Source: a virus. From it: a DNA stretch of 64,000 nt. The notes under the pieces are model-generated. The model was not told the origin of the DNA and ran no database searches. It was given only the letters and a program-made list of their open reading frames with translations. Location of the stretch: the IMG/VR virus record IMGVR_UViG_3300028197_001695, positions 1 through 64,000 of that record. One strand, given 5' to 3'. The position numbers and the translations under genes are program-made. Positions 9,733 through 19,953 of this stretch are shown here, in pieces (positions within the stretch are counted from its first letter, which is position 1; each line of letters starts with the position of its first letter).

Positions 9733-10116
9733 ATGTCCATTTACATCTACAAACACCCAGAGACAGGAGAACACAAAGAAGTAGTTCAAGGAATGAATGA
9801 AGAACATATTCATATTGATGAGTTCGGCTTAGAATGGAAAAGAGTATTTACAGCCCCTCATGCATCAATTGACACTAAAGATGACGCTTGGGACCACAAT
9901 GGGTTTGTAGAGAAAACTGGCAAAATGAAAGGAACTGTAGGCGATGTTCTGGATTATTCCTCAGAATTGTCTGCTAGAAGGGCAGAATCTAAAGGTGGAG
10001 AAGATCCAGTCAAAAGAAAGGCTTTCGATGACTACGAGAAGAACGTGGGCAAAAAGCACATCTCTGATAAAAAGAAGACCATTGAGACTTCCAAGATAAA
10101 GGTAGATCTAGATTGA
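9733..10116 (+). CDS. Hypothetical protein with FmdB-like N-terminus lacking the cysteines
   Basis: MSIYIYKHPETGEHKEVVQGM resembles the FmdB zinc-ribbon start PIYEY.C..CG..FE. Confidence 0.35.
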   Translation: MSIYIYKHPETGEHKEVVQGMNEEHIHIDEFGLEWKRVFTAPHASIDTKDDAWDHNGFVEKTGKMKGTVGDVLDYSSELSARRAESKGGEDPVKRKAFDDYEKNVGKKHISDKKKTIETSKIKVDLD

Positions 10117-10118
10117 TT

Positions 10119-11066
10119 CTAGACATGTCCAGTTTGGAAATCGTCAAAATTAATTACTCCTGTAAATCCATTTGTAGTAAATACTAATCTTGCCCTGTCT
10201 GGATTACTTACCGTGTCAACCAACATATATCCTGTTGTCATATCATTGGCTGGTAGCTTATTAAAAGAATTAGTGCCAAAACTATTCCCCACGACACTAT
10301 TCAAATAAGTGCCTAAAGGTGCTGGTGATCCCGGTCCATACATCGACATCCTAACTCCCGTTTCGTCAACCCAAGTCTGTGATGCTGCTTCAGAATTATC
10401 ATTTAATACTACGCTACCTTGAAATTCAGCTGAAGTTACGAACTCAGCGTACCCACCAACTTTTAAACTAGATTCAATACCTACGCTGCCACTAAAAATT
10501 CCAGAGTGAGTTGAATTTACATTTAGATGAGAGTTAAAGTAAGTATCATCACCATTGAATTGGACATCACCATTTTGAAAGTTAACTCCGCTCCCGAAAG
10601 AAACCAATAAAGAATGGTTCGTACTATTAGTTACAGCTGTTTCGTGATCAGCTAATATCACCGACCCTGTGACTTGATCATCGAAGGAAACTCCGTTTCC
10701 ACCTAAAATTGTATTTTTTTGTCCACTCGCCCCAAAACCAACTGATTCTCCGTTAACAAGGGTATTGAACGATCCTGAAAAATCAGTTATGGACTTGCCA
10801 TTTAGTAAAACATTGTTGACCCCTGAAACGGTATTGTTTTCTCCAGCTAAACAAATTGAGTCGTTCGAAAATGAATTATTATTCGGAACAGTAAGAATAG
10901 TCGATTCTGCACTGGTAGCGAGATCACTAATAATCATTGGGCCAACGATATCCCTATCTAAATTAATCTGAATCCCAGTGGAGAGATCAGTAAATGTAAA
11001 ATCACCACTAGGACTTGTAAAAGTAGGTAATTGTAATTGTTGTGGTTGAATTTTAGTAAATGCCAT
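10119..11066 (-). CDS. Putative tail fibre or adhesin-like virion protein
   Basis: Gly/Asn/Ser-rich short beta repeats (NNVLLNG, NTLVNG, NTILGG); own GTGTA motif. Confidence 0.45.
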   Translation of the reverse strand: MAFTKIQPQQLQLPTFTSPSGDFTFTDLSTGIQINLDRDIVGPMIISDLATSAESTILTVPNNNSFSNDSICLAGENNTVSGVNNVLLNGKSITDFSGSFNTLVNGESVGFGASGQKNTILGGNGVSFDDQVTGSVILADHETAVTNSTNHSLLVSFGSGVNFQNGDVQFNGDDTYFNSHLNVNSTHSGIFSGSVGIESSLKVGGYAEFVTSAEFQGSVVLNDNSEAASQTWVDETGVRMSMYGPGSPAPLGTYLNSVVGNSFGTNSFNKLPANDMTTGYMLVDTVSNPDRARLVFTTNGFTGVINFDDFQTGHV

Positions 11067-11092
11067 GCTACAATAGATTATCTAAATAAGAA

Positions 11093-11097
11093 TACAC
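11093..11097 (-). promoter_or_regulatory. GTGTA candidate late-promoter motif
   Basis: GTGTA 26 nt upstream of ATG 11066. Confidence 0.45.
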
Positions 11098-11104
11098 TTT
11101 TTCC

Positions 11105-11683
11105 ATGAAATTTACACTTTACAAGCCAAACGCGAAAAATACTGGATCTGCATTTACATTCGATTGCACTAAAGATAGAAAAGGCAAGCCTGTTCTCTTC
11201 GTTTCCATGATCCTTCAGCATAGCTGGAATAATGAGCGCAAAACAGGATCTTTCAAGGAGAATGCGAAAAATCCAGATAAGTCTACCACAATTAAGCTGA
11301 CAGAAATTGAAGCTGGCGAATTCATCTCTTCAATGAAAACTAGGATTCCATTTCTAGGTTTCCATAAAACAGAAGAAAAAACAACAATCATCAAGTTCAC
11401 CCCTTGGGACAAAAATCGCGTTATCAAAAATAAAGATGGCGAAGAAACATTTAAATCACCAGCTTGGGGTCTTACAGTTACAAAAAACTCTTCTCAATTC
11501 TTCAAACTCCCAATTGAAGCGGGAGAAGCTGAGTGTCTAGCTGTTTTGCTTGAGGGTTATATCAAAGAGGGCTTAACTGCTCAAGCTGAAGCCTACAAAC
11601 AAGATCAGCCACAAAAAACTTACCAAAAACCCACTCCCAAAGCGTCTGTAGCTGAAGACGAAGATGACGATGTCCCGTTCTAA
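11105..11683 (+). CDS. Putative single-stranded DNA-binding protein
   Basis: Beta-rich core, Pro/Gln/Lys linker and acidic C-terminal tail EDEDDDVPF typical of SSBs. Confidence 0.55.
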   Translation: MKFTLYKPNAKNTGSAFTFDCTKDRKGKPVLFVSMILQHSWNNERKTGSFKENAKNPDKSTTIKLTEIEAGEFISSMKTRIPFLGFHKTEEKTTIIKFTPWDKNRVIKNKDGEETFKSPAWGLTVTKNSSQFFKLPIEAGEAECLAVLLEGYIKEGLTAQAEAYKQDQPQKTYQKPTPKASVAEDEDDDVPF

Positions 11684-13376
11684 AATTAAAGTATTAGTTC
11701 AGTCTAATTACTCCCGTATGGTGACGGGGTTTGGGAAGAATATGAAGAACATTCTACTGGCTCTTTATAATGACCCAGACATTGAAGTAGTAGAAGCTGC
11801 CAATGGAGTACCATATGGCAGAGATATTAATACTCCTTGGGAGTCTTATGGGACATATCCTTCGGACCAAAAAACTTTAAGTGAGATAGAGAAAGAGCCA
11901 GTAAGAAAAAGAGCTGCTCAATATGGATTCTATGCAATCGACAAAATTGTAGAAAAAGTCAAACCAGATGTATTCCTAGGAATTGAAGATGTCTGGGCAT
12001 TTAGAGAATACGAAAAAAAACATTGGTGGAATAAAACAAAAAAAATAATTTGGACAACTTTAGATAGCTTGCCTATCTTAGATCAAGCTATCGATATGGA
12101 GCCTAAATGTGATCAAATGCTAGTTTGGGCTAGCTTTGCTGAAAAGGCAATGAAAGAGCTTGGTCATGAGAAAGTAGAGACTGTCCACGGAGCTGTAGAT
12201 TACAGCCACTTTAAACCTTTAGAAAATAGGAATGAACTACGAAATTTACATGGTCTTGATGGTGATTTTGTTATTGGTTTTGTATTCAAAAATCAACTAA
12301 GAAAATCAGTACCAAACTTACTAGAAGGATTTAAAAAATTTAAAAATAAGAACCCAACGGTCTCTGCGAAGCTCCTACTGCATACAGACTGGGCAGAGAT
12401 CCAACATGGATGGGATATTCCAAGATACTTAAAAGAAAAAGGTCTTGAAGATGGAAGTGTTTTAGCAACTTATGTTTGTCATAAATGCGACGATTACTTT
12501 GTTAAACCATACTTCGGAGAAGATAAAGATTGTTCTTCTTGTGGATCAAAAAAATCTGTAAAAACCAAAAATAGTGGAAAAGGAGTTGGGGAAAAAGAGC
12601 TTAATGAAATCTATAATCTAATGGATGTTTATTGTCATCCATTTACGAGTGGAGGGCAAGAACTGCCGATTCAAGAAGCTAAAGCCGCTGGGCTTATTAC
12701 TCTCGTTACAGACTACTCTTGTGGGACTGACTCCGCATATGAACATCAAGGTGGGATTCCTCTAGATTGGAACGAATATAGAGAACCAAGCACTCAGTTT
12801 ATAAAAGCCACAACTTGTCCAGATAGTATTTGTGAGAGACTAGAGCAAGTTTACGAAATGGACGAAGAGTCTAAATATAAATTAATAGAAACTGGCAAAA
12901 AATATGTGCAAGAAAATTTCTCAGTTCAAAACACAGTACAGAGATTGAAGCACTTGATCAAATCAGTTGAATTAAGAACGAAAAAGGAGGTCGATGAACA
13001 ATCAAAAAAGGCTACTCCAAAACTTCAAGATTTCTTAAAAGATGTACCTTTAAAAGATAGAATCGCTGTAGTTCTTCCAAGGTCAGCAGGAGATGTATTA
13101 ATGGCGAACTCTCTGATGGAAAACCTTCACAACCTCTATCCTGATAAAAAAATATTCTTCGTTACTCAGCCAGAATTTTATGACCTCATAAATGACAACC
13201 CTTTCGTCCACAAAGTAATACCATATTCTGATTCTCTTGATAATATGTACGTTCTTGAGGGAAGAGGCGACCACGAAGGTCTTTTCGACATTGCTTTCTT
13301 GCCACACTGCATGACTCAAAAAACATACAGTTACAATCACAACGGGAAAGATAAAACTCAATTTAGATTAAGATGA
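11664..13376 (+). CDS. GT4-like glycosyltransferase with Zn-ribbon insertion and C-terminal GT9 N-domain
   Basis: TGFGKN, QLRKSVPNL, GGQELPIQEAKAAG; CHKC...CSSC; C-term LPRSAGDVLMANSL...YPDKKIFFVT. Confidence 0.75.
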   Translation: MTMSRSKIKVLVQSNYSRMVTGFGKNMKNILLALYNDPDIEVVEAANGVPYGRDINTPWESYGTYPSDQKTLSEIEKEPVRKRAAQYGFYAIDKIVEKVKPDVFLGIEDVWAFREYEKKHWWNKTKKIIWTTLDSLPILDQAIDMEPKCDQMLVWASFAEKAMKELGHEKVETVHGAVDYSHFKPLENRNELRNLHGLDGDFVIGFVFKNQLRKSVPNLLEGFKKFKNKNPTVSAKLLLHTDWAEIQHGWDIPRYLKEKGLEDGSVLATYVCHKCDDYFVKPYFGEDKDCSSCGSKKSVKTKNSGKGVGEKELNEIYNLMDVYCHPFTSGGQELPIQEAKAAGLITLVTDYSCGTDSAYEHQGGIPLDWNEYREPSTQFIKATTCPDSICERLEQVYEMDEESKYKLIETGKKYVQENFSVQNTVQRLKHLIKSVELRTKKEVDEQSKKATPKLQDFLKDVPLKDRIAVVLPRSAGDVLMANSLMENLHNLYPDKKIFFVTQPEFYDLINDNPFVHKVIPYSDSLDNMYVLEGRGDHEGLFDIAFLPHCMTQKTYSYNHNGKDKTQFRLR

Positions 13377-14482
13377 GCCACCTAGTAGAAGTTTACGCAA
13401 AAGACTTAGGGGTTAAGATTGGTAAACCATATTTTAAACCTCACTTTTTTCCTATTCTTGAAGAGAACTATATTACCATTCATAATGATAATAAGGTTCA
13501 ATCTAAAGAATATGATTATTGGGAAGATGTTATTTCTTTGGTAAAAAAACAAGTTCCAGACATTAAGTTTATTCAGGTGGGTTCTGGGAAAGAACCAAAA
13601 ATTAAAAACGTTACAAAATTTTTAAAGACTACTAGCATTAAACAATCAGCTTATATAATTAAAAATGGGTTGATGCATGTTGGGACAGATAGTTTACCAA
13701 TTCACATCGCTTCATCTTTTGACAAACCTATTGTCGGAATATACGCTCATACACATGCCTCTACTTGTAACCCAGTCTGGGGTTCGAAAAAGAAACATAC
13801 AATAATTGAATCTCATAGAAATGGTAAGAAACCATCTTACTCTTTAAAAGAGACCCCTAAACAGATTAACTTAATTAAACCAGAGGAAATAGCTAACGCT
13901 ATTCTGAAAAAATTAGGCGAAAACAAAAGTTCTAGGAAAACAATTTTTATTGGAAATAAATACAAAGAAGAATTTATTCATATTATACCAGATAATAAGT
14001 ATAGTTCCTCTTCAAAGAAAATAGTCATCAGGTTTGATTTACTACACAATGAAGAAAATACTCTTCATTTATTCAAAGATAATCTAGTCTCGATAGTTAC
14101 CAACAAGCCATTAGGAGATGAAATTTTAATTCAGGAAAACATAAATTGCATCAATTATTTCTCTGATCACTTTGATTCAGATTTTATCGAACGGTCCAAA
14201 AAGAAAGGGGTTGCTTTACGCTTGTTCTGTACAAATGAAGAAACCCTCAAGGAAGAAAGGTATAAGTTTTTTGATGATCAGGTTTTCTTAATGAATGAAT
14301 CTAAGAAAATAGAAGAAGCGAAAAAATTAGTAAAGCTCCCTAAAAATAAATTAAAAATAAAATCTTATTCGATTTATTTCAAAAATGATCAAGCGTATCA
14401 CTCTCTTTTCGAGGCTAACGGCAAGCAAAATTTAGACGATATTTTCGTTGACTTAGATAAGCTTATGCTCTATACTCAGTGA
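13373..14482 (+). CDS. GT9 C-terminal (donor-binding) domain protein with extension
   Basis: YITIHN...KEYDYWEDVI...IQVG...HVGTDSLPIHIASSFDKPIVGIY. Confidence 0.65.
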   Translation: MSHLVEVYAKDLGVKIGKPYFKPHFFPILEENYITIHNDNKVQSKEYDYWEDVISLVKKQVPDIKFIQVGSGKEPKIKNVTKFLKTTSIKQSAYIIKNGLMHVGTDSLPIHIASSFDKPIVGIYAHTHASTCNPVWGSKKKHTIIESHRNGKKPSYSLKETPKQINLIKPEEIANAILKKLGENKSSRKTIFIGNKYKEEFIHIIPDNKYSSSSKKIVIRFDLLHNEENTLHLFKDNLVSIVTNKPLGDEILIQENINCINYFSDHFDSDFIERSKKKGVALRLFCTNEETLKEERYKFFDDQVFLMNESKKIEEAKKLVKLPKNKLKIKSYSIYFKNDQAYHSLFEANGKQNLDDIFVDLDKLMLYTQ

Positions 14483-14483
14483 A

Positions 14484-15257
14484 ATGAGCGATAAAAAAAT
14501 TTACGGACCCGACATTTACAAGCGTAATGAGCACGGACTTTTAGAAGATGCAGAATACGAATTTAATGAGGATGGCTCTGTAAATTGGAGAGCTATGATT
14601 AAGCCAGAGTTTCTTTATCCGAATAAAGACTGGTTTGAAGCTCGCAAAAAAGATGTGCCTACTTCTCCAGAGGGCTTGGATGATAAACAGCTTTTAATCA
14701 TGCTGGGGGGTATTAAGGAGTTGGCTCGACTTAGAGGGTTCCAGAGTGTTTCATTCAAAACCGACCACCTTAGTGATACTTATGTTGTGGCTAATTGTGA
14801 AATTGTTTGGTCTCCTAATTATGAAAGTCATAATCAAAGTGTTGTTTACCAAGATGTCGCAAATGCGACACTACAAAATACAGGTTCTTTCGCGGCTAAG
14901 TTCTTAGAAACTATCGCTTGCAATAGAGCTTTTGTAAGATGTGTTCGAAATTTTCTAAACATTCACATTGTCGGGGCTGACGAAATTGATAAATCCAAAG
15001 GAGCTGTCAATTCGCACTCGGTTGAATCTTCTAACGATGAAAATATAGGTAGGATTCTTTCTCCTCACGCAAGACTATTCCAAGATTGGCAAGATCACGG
15101 TGGTGGAGGTGGCAATTTTGACGACTTCAAAGAAACTCTTCGCTCCTTATGGAAACAAGATATTTATCAAAACGAAGATACTCAAAATTGGAATGACTTT
15201 AATGACATCCCAGTAAAAGAGGTCCGTAAGCTAAGGGCTGCAATCAGGAAACTATAG
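14484..15257 (+). CDS. Putative single-strand annealing protein (Rad52/Erf-like)
   Basis: GIKELARLRG...VVANCEI...VANA...FLETIACNRAFVRCVRNFLNI resembles the annealase A(E/C)xRAxxRAxR motif. Confidence 0.45.
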   Translation: MSDKKIYGPDIYKRNEHGLLEDAEYEFNEDGSVNWRAMIKPEFLYPNKDWFEARKKDVPTSPEGLDDKQLLIMLGGIKELARLRGFQSVSFKTDHLSDTYVVANCEIVWSPNYESHNQSVVYQDVANATLQNTGSFAAKFLETIACNRAFVRCVRNFLNIHIVGADEIDKSKGAVNSHSVESSNDENIGRILSPHARLFQDWQDHGGGGGNFDDFKETLRSLWKQDIYQNEDTQNWNDFNDIPVKEVRKLRAAIRKL

Positions 15258-17774
15258 GCCCAAGAAGTTTTTCTGTTTCGCAGAAAAATTAATATTAGAA
15301 CCTGATGTTAAGGCTGTTCTAAAACCAGCATTGACGATCAATTCTTCGTCAGGCTTCAATAATTTAACAGTTGATTCTTGAATTGTTGTCGTTACTCCAG
15401 AAGAAGTCAACTTAAGACTTACACCAGAAAGTGTTATAGAAAAAACAGTTGGCAAACTAATGCCTACGATAGTCCTACTAGAAGATTTGTTTGTTTGAAC
15501 ATTGGATTGTCTTGCTGAAAAATTAGCTGCTTCTAAAGCTTTAATATCAGAGATCTTTCCATTCTTTGTATCGAGAGTTATAGGGAATAATGGATCACCT
15601 GAAGCTCCGTTTGTTTTAATATTAAAATATTTTACATCAAATCTTTCTGCAATTTCTGAGAGCTTTTCAGCAGCGGAGTCAAGCTTTGCTTGCCTTCTAT
15701 TTCTTGCTTCCTCTTTCTTCCTAGTCTCGTCTGTTTCTTCTTCATCTGTTGGTCTCTTTACCCTAGTGTAGTAAGCTTTTAATGTGTTTGGAGCGTCTTT
15801 ACTAATCTCAGAAATGTTGCCATATATTGCTTTAGATTGCTGTATTAAATGGGCGACCTTTTCTGCAAACTTCTTAGAGTAAGCAAAAAAGTTTTCCCCA
15901 GTATGAGGATTTTTTATAAAAATAAAGTTTTCGTCATTAACAATCTCGTAATCAAAATCTTCTTTCTTTTTCCCCGCAGATATTCTTTGGTTCCCCTTCA
16001 CTACACCAATAAAACCATAATTCCCTCCTATCCCAGAAGAGTCTGATTTACCAAATATATCTTTTAGCGATTTATCTCCGTGTCCATTTAATTCTAATAC
16101 AGTTTGCAACGATTGAAGTCCATCTACATCTTCGACTTTAGTTTTCGCAATGTCATAAGGGCCAGAGATGCTCATGTCTGAGCTTCCCCACTGCATTCTT
16201 CTAGATTTATATCTTGAGAACTTATTAGATACAAAGATAGAACTAGAGGCTAAATCGAAAAAATCTTGTAGAGATTTGAATATTTTATTCCTAGATGGAT
16301 TACTCAACCTCCCTCCATCAGTTTTACCCTCAACTTGGTTCCGAAACGTTACATATGTACCATTTTTTAAATCAAAATCTCCATCAAACTCTTTCTCCAT
16401 ATATTTCAGAACTGTCTCACCAGCGACGAATTTTCCCCATTCGCCTGATTTTGCGTCATTAAGCTTACTTGAATTTTTCCAATCTTCACCCCATTTAACG
16501 TTTTTCCCCCCTTTGTCTTTATAGGTAGCATAATGAGCTATAGCATCAAAAGTAAATGAATCAAATTTACCAGAGAGATACAACCCATAAAACAACTTTA
16601 ATAAACTTTGATCAAATTTAAACAAAGCACGTACAGCTTTCATTTGCAGCTTGTGAAAACGAACATACCTTTGCCCTGAACCGAACTCGAAAGTTTGAGT
16701 TTGTTTCTCAATTGTCGAACCAAAGGCATTAACGATCTTCGGAGATAGCTTATCATCCGTAAAGGAAGCATTTAAATATTTTTTTTGTACATCTCCTGAT
16801 TGAGTGAATGGATTTGTAATACTCAATTGAGAAGCAGAAGCAGAGTTTACGAATTTTATCACTCCAAAATGGAATGGGTCAACAAACCAATAATAACCAT
16901 ATTTAGAAGCAATGCTCGATGCTACTGAATCTAAAGTCCCAGACTCTCCGAACAAGACTTCATCTGTTGATGATTCCGGTAGTCCTACCAAGCTAATCCC
17001 AGCCAAAGCGAAACCCTGTTTTGCTTCCTGTAAAGTATAGCCAAAATTTAAGTCGTAGTTTGCTAAATCTGGATTTTTTTTATAAAAAGGATTTACCTCT
17101 TCTTCGTTGTAACTGAGCTTTCCTTTCAGCTCTCCATTTTGATAGGCTAAAGAAGTTTTCTTGCCCTCAGAATTCACAGAACTTTCTTCATTATAAACAT
17201 TCCCAATTGCTATAACTCCAGTGCCATTTAACCTTTTGGGCCTCTTAAATGGAAATTTTTGTTCAGTATTTGTTATTGGGCTATTAGGTAATTCACTAAA
17301 ATAAGGCATAGTTACTTCTGATCCAGATCCAGAAGAGAATCTAGGATTAGAACGTCCTAATCCGTCCATCATCCTTCCAGAGCCAGAAGTCAATACATTC
17401 CTAGATCGTCTTGCAGCACTTACCCCAGAAACTCCTTTGTCATGAGGATGGCAATCCCGACCTCTAACAACGAAACAGTGAGACTTTAACCTTAGAGATG
17501 TTGAATCTTCATATTTTCTAGAAAATGTCTTCTGGTTTCCATCTTGCTGTATGGTTTTTTGAACTACTATAAAATTCTTCATCAAATTTTGAATTTTATC
17601 ATTAGAAAATGTAGTGCGATTAGAACTAGAGCCAATTAATGTCCCAAGATCCTCCTCATCTGCTAAATCGATAGCGTTAGCAACACTTTGAATAGATACA
17701 GAATGACTACCTCCTGAACTGGAAAAATTGAAGTCCAAGGATGTTAATGTTTCTTTGTCACTAATAATAGCCAT
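15252..17774 (-). CDS. Putative tail tip or baseplate protein
   Basis: 840 aa, last gene of the tail operon downstream of the tape measure. Confidence 0.45.
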   Translation of the reverse strand: MAIISDKETLTSLDFNFSSSGGSHSVSIQSVANAIDLADEEDLGTLIGSSSNRTTFSNDKIQNLMKNFIVVQKTIQQDGNQKTFSRKYEDSTSLRLKSHCFVVRGRDCHPHDKGVSGVSAARRSRNVLTSGSGRMMDGLGRSNPRFSSGSGSEVTMPYFSELPNSPITNTEQKFPFKRPKRLNGTGVIAIGNVYNEESSVNSEGKKTSLAYQNGELKGKLSYNEEEVNPFYKKNPDLANYDLNFGYTLQEAKQGFALAGISLVGLPESSTDEVLFGESGTLDSVASSIASKYGYYWFVDPFHFGVIKFVNSASASQLSITNPFTQSGDVQKKYLNASFTDDKLSPKIVNAFGSTIEKQTQTFEFGSGQRYVRFHKLQMKAVRALFKFDQSLLKLFYGLYLSGKFDSFTFDAIAHYATYKDKGGKNVKWGEDWKNSSKLNDAKSGEWGKFVAGETVLKYMEKEFDGDFDLKNGTYVTFRNQVEGKTDGGRLSNPSRNKIFKSLQDFFDLASSSIFVSNKFSRYKSRRMQWGSSDMSISGPYDIAKTKVEDVDGLQSLQTVLELNGHGDKSLKDIFGKSDSSGIGGNYGFIGVVKGNQRISAGKKKEDFDYEIVNDENFIFIKNPHTGENFFAYSKKFAEKVAHLIQQSKAIYGNISEISKDAPNTLKAYYTRVKRPTDEEETDETRKKEEARNRRQAKLDSAAEKLSEIAERFDVKYFNIKTNGASGDPLFPITLDTKNGKISDIKALEAANFSARQSNVQTNKSSSRTIVGISLPTVFSITLSGVSLKLTSSGVTTTIQESTVKLLKPDEELIVNAGFRTALTSGSNINFSAKQKNFLGL

Positions 17775-18574
17775 TACAATACATAAGTTTCTAGTTGTTC
17801 ATCTGTCAAAGTGAACGAAGAGTTTATTCCTGTCTCTATCATATACACTCCAGTATAGGTTTGAAGAAAATCTTGGGGATCTTGTTCCATTCCATTCAAG
17901 TAAAAGTCAATATGATGCTCTACAAATCCTGATCCAAATAAATCAGGTCCATCAGAAAATACCTCATTTATTTTATCTTTTTTTGGGATAGCAAATAAGT
18001 GTCCTGTAGTACCGTAAGCAGGTTGCTCAGAATATTTTAGTTTTTGCCCGTTTAAAAAAACATCGTAATTTTCGAATAAAGCATCTTCGGTTCCAGCATT
18101 AGAATAAGCAGTGTGGACCTTAGATCTAAGGCCATCAACATCTAAAGCGGAAAGAGGTGAGTGAATTGAAACCCCAGCAGCGAAATCTCTTTTATCGTAA
18201 AATACAATATCTTCACTACCTAAAGTTAAACTCGGATCAAAAATAATATTGCCTTTTGAATTATCTATATCAATAGCATAATTCCCAGAGTCACTTACGC
18301 TATAATAATATTGGTTTAATCCATCGGTAATAGAAAACCCTCCTTCAAGAAGAGTCTGAGAATTTAAAGAAGCTAAAGAACAATTTGAACCTGTAATTAC
18401 AGAATCATCAAAAGCTAATGAGTTTTCTTTTTTTCGACCGTTCGCATCTAAAACTAAGTATTCGGCTTCTGAATATTGTTGTAAAGAATATGCTAACTGG
18501 TTTTTATGCAGGATGTCCAACATACTCCCTGACATAGTAGAGTCTCCAGTAGATAATATGTAATTATAAGTCAT
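17774..18574 (-). CDS. Putative tail-associated virion protein
   Basis: Position in tail operon; repeated VFLNGQK and FYLNGME beta motifs. Confidence 0.4.
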   Translation of the reverse strand: MTYNYILSTGDSTMSGSMLDILHKNQLAYSLQQYSEAEYLVLDANGRKKENSLAFDDSVITGSNCSLASLNSQTLLEGGFSITDGLNQYYYSVSDSGNYAIDIDNSKGNIIFDPSLTLGSEDIVFYDKRDFAAGVSIHSPLSALDVDGLRSKVHTAYSNAGTEDALFENYDVFLNGQKLKYSEQPAYGTTGHLFAIPKKDKINEVFSDGPDLFGSGFVEHHIDFYLNGMEQDPQDFLQTYTGVYMIETGINSSFTLTDEQLETYVL

Positions 18575-19953
18575 GACCTGCCTCCCATATAATAAATAAA
18601 ATTTTTCTTAAAATCTTCGCTATCTTCTGAGAAAGTTGTTCCAGAAGAAGCTGGAATAGATATAGAATAAGATTCTTGCAAAGGAGTTTGGGTAACTCCA
18701 CTAACCTCAGAAAGTGTTCCAGTCAAAGGTGTTTTCCCAAACAAATCAATAGTTATTTTTTCTTGAGTTATACCAGTTGTTTCAGTATAAGTTTCTATTG
18801 ACTCAGAAATGTCATTTAATCCCAAAGTATCATAAGCATCTTCTCCAGTAGGATAATAAATATATCCAGAGTTTGAATGCAGTTGACCTAATTCTTCTTT
18901 ATAAAATGTCTTAACATTTCCATTATTTAAAGTATAATACTTGTAATAACGTTCTCCCTCTTTCTTGTTTTCTGACGAAGATAGTACTGCTCTGCCAGTA
19001 AACTCTTCTCTCCCTGTAATTATCTCTAATGTACCAGTAGAAACATAATCATAACCAGTTATTCCAGTTTTATAAATAATTGTATTAGCGTATCCTGTAA
19101 GTCTTTGCTCTGTTGTTGTAGACCCACCGTTAAAAACGTAATTACTAATCATTCCTTCGCCCAACTCTTTTAAAAACTCTTCTTCAATGTAACCAGAGAA
19201 GATAGCTAGATTGTTCAAGCTCCCACTAAATGTTGTATCATAATGATTTGTTGATCTGAAATAAGTATCGCTACCTCCGAAATTTAATACTGAAGTGGAG
19301 GAAATATAATTTTTATCAACAGGTATCTCCAAGCTTCTCACTAAGCTATTGAAATAATCAAAAACACTCAGTGTGATAAAAGATTCTGTTGCAGATACTG
19401 CGATTAAATTTCTTTTAGATAGCTCTATAGAATGAGCAACATCAATTGCATCACCATTAGGGCCAAAAGTTTGACAAAATAAATGACCCCTATCAGTAAT
19501 TCCAATATTAAATCCTTCAGACGTTTCTATATTAAAGGAATCAATGGTTTCCTCTCCAGTCGCGAAACAACCCATTATAATTCCATCATCAATATCCCCA
19601 TCAGCAAGCTCAAAATCAATCAAAGTAGATATATTGCTTGTGTTTAATCCATCTAAAGGTACTTGAAAATTTCCAGAAATTAGATTTAATTTATCTCCAT
19701 TTAATATACCGGAAGCCTTCATTAGAGCTGCGCCTTCACTACTGTCTCTCGCTCCAAGTAAAAATCCAGTATGCGTGGAAGGATCATTAGTATAAATAGA
19801 GTTAACTCGCACTCCTGTGTAATCTGAAGAGCTACTATTTCCCTGCACATTCACTTCATCTGAAGAGTCAAATACAAAATCGTAAAAAGCTGAGAGTCTT
19901 TGATTAGACCCCAGACTGTTTTTCAACTTAAAATATAAACCCTTATCGCTCAT
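18571..19953 (-). CDS. Putative tail protein with LamG/ConA-like domain
   Basis: FNIGITDRGHLF...LNFGG...FSGSLNNLAIFSG; C-terminal TG-rich repeats. Confidence 0.5.
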   Translation of the reverse strand: MSDKGLYFKLKNSLGSNQRLSAFYDFVFDSSDEVNVQGNSSSSDYTGVRVNSIYTNDPSTHTGFLLGARDSSEGAALMKASGILNGDKLNLISGNFQVPLDGLNTSNISTLIDFELADGDIDDGIIMGCFATGEETIDSFNIETSEGFNIGITDRGHLFCQTFGPNGDAIDVAHSIELSKRNLIAVSATESFITLSVFDYFNSLVRSLEIPVDKNYISSTSVLNFGGSDTYFRSTNHYDTTFSGSLNNLAIFSGYIEEEFLKELGEGMISNYVFNGGSTTTEQRLTGYANTIIYKTGITGYDYVSTGTLEIITGREEFTGRAVLSSSENKKEGERYYKYYTLNNGNVKTFYKEELGQLHSNSGYIYYPTGEDAYDTLGLNDISESIETYTETTGITQEKITIDLFGKTPLTGTLSEVSGVTQTPLQESYSISIPASSGTTFSEDSEDFKKNFIYYMGGRS

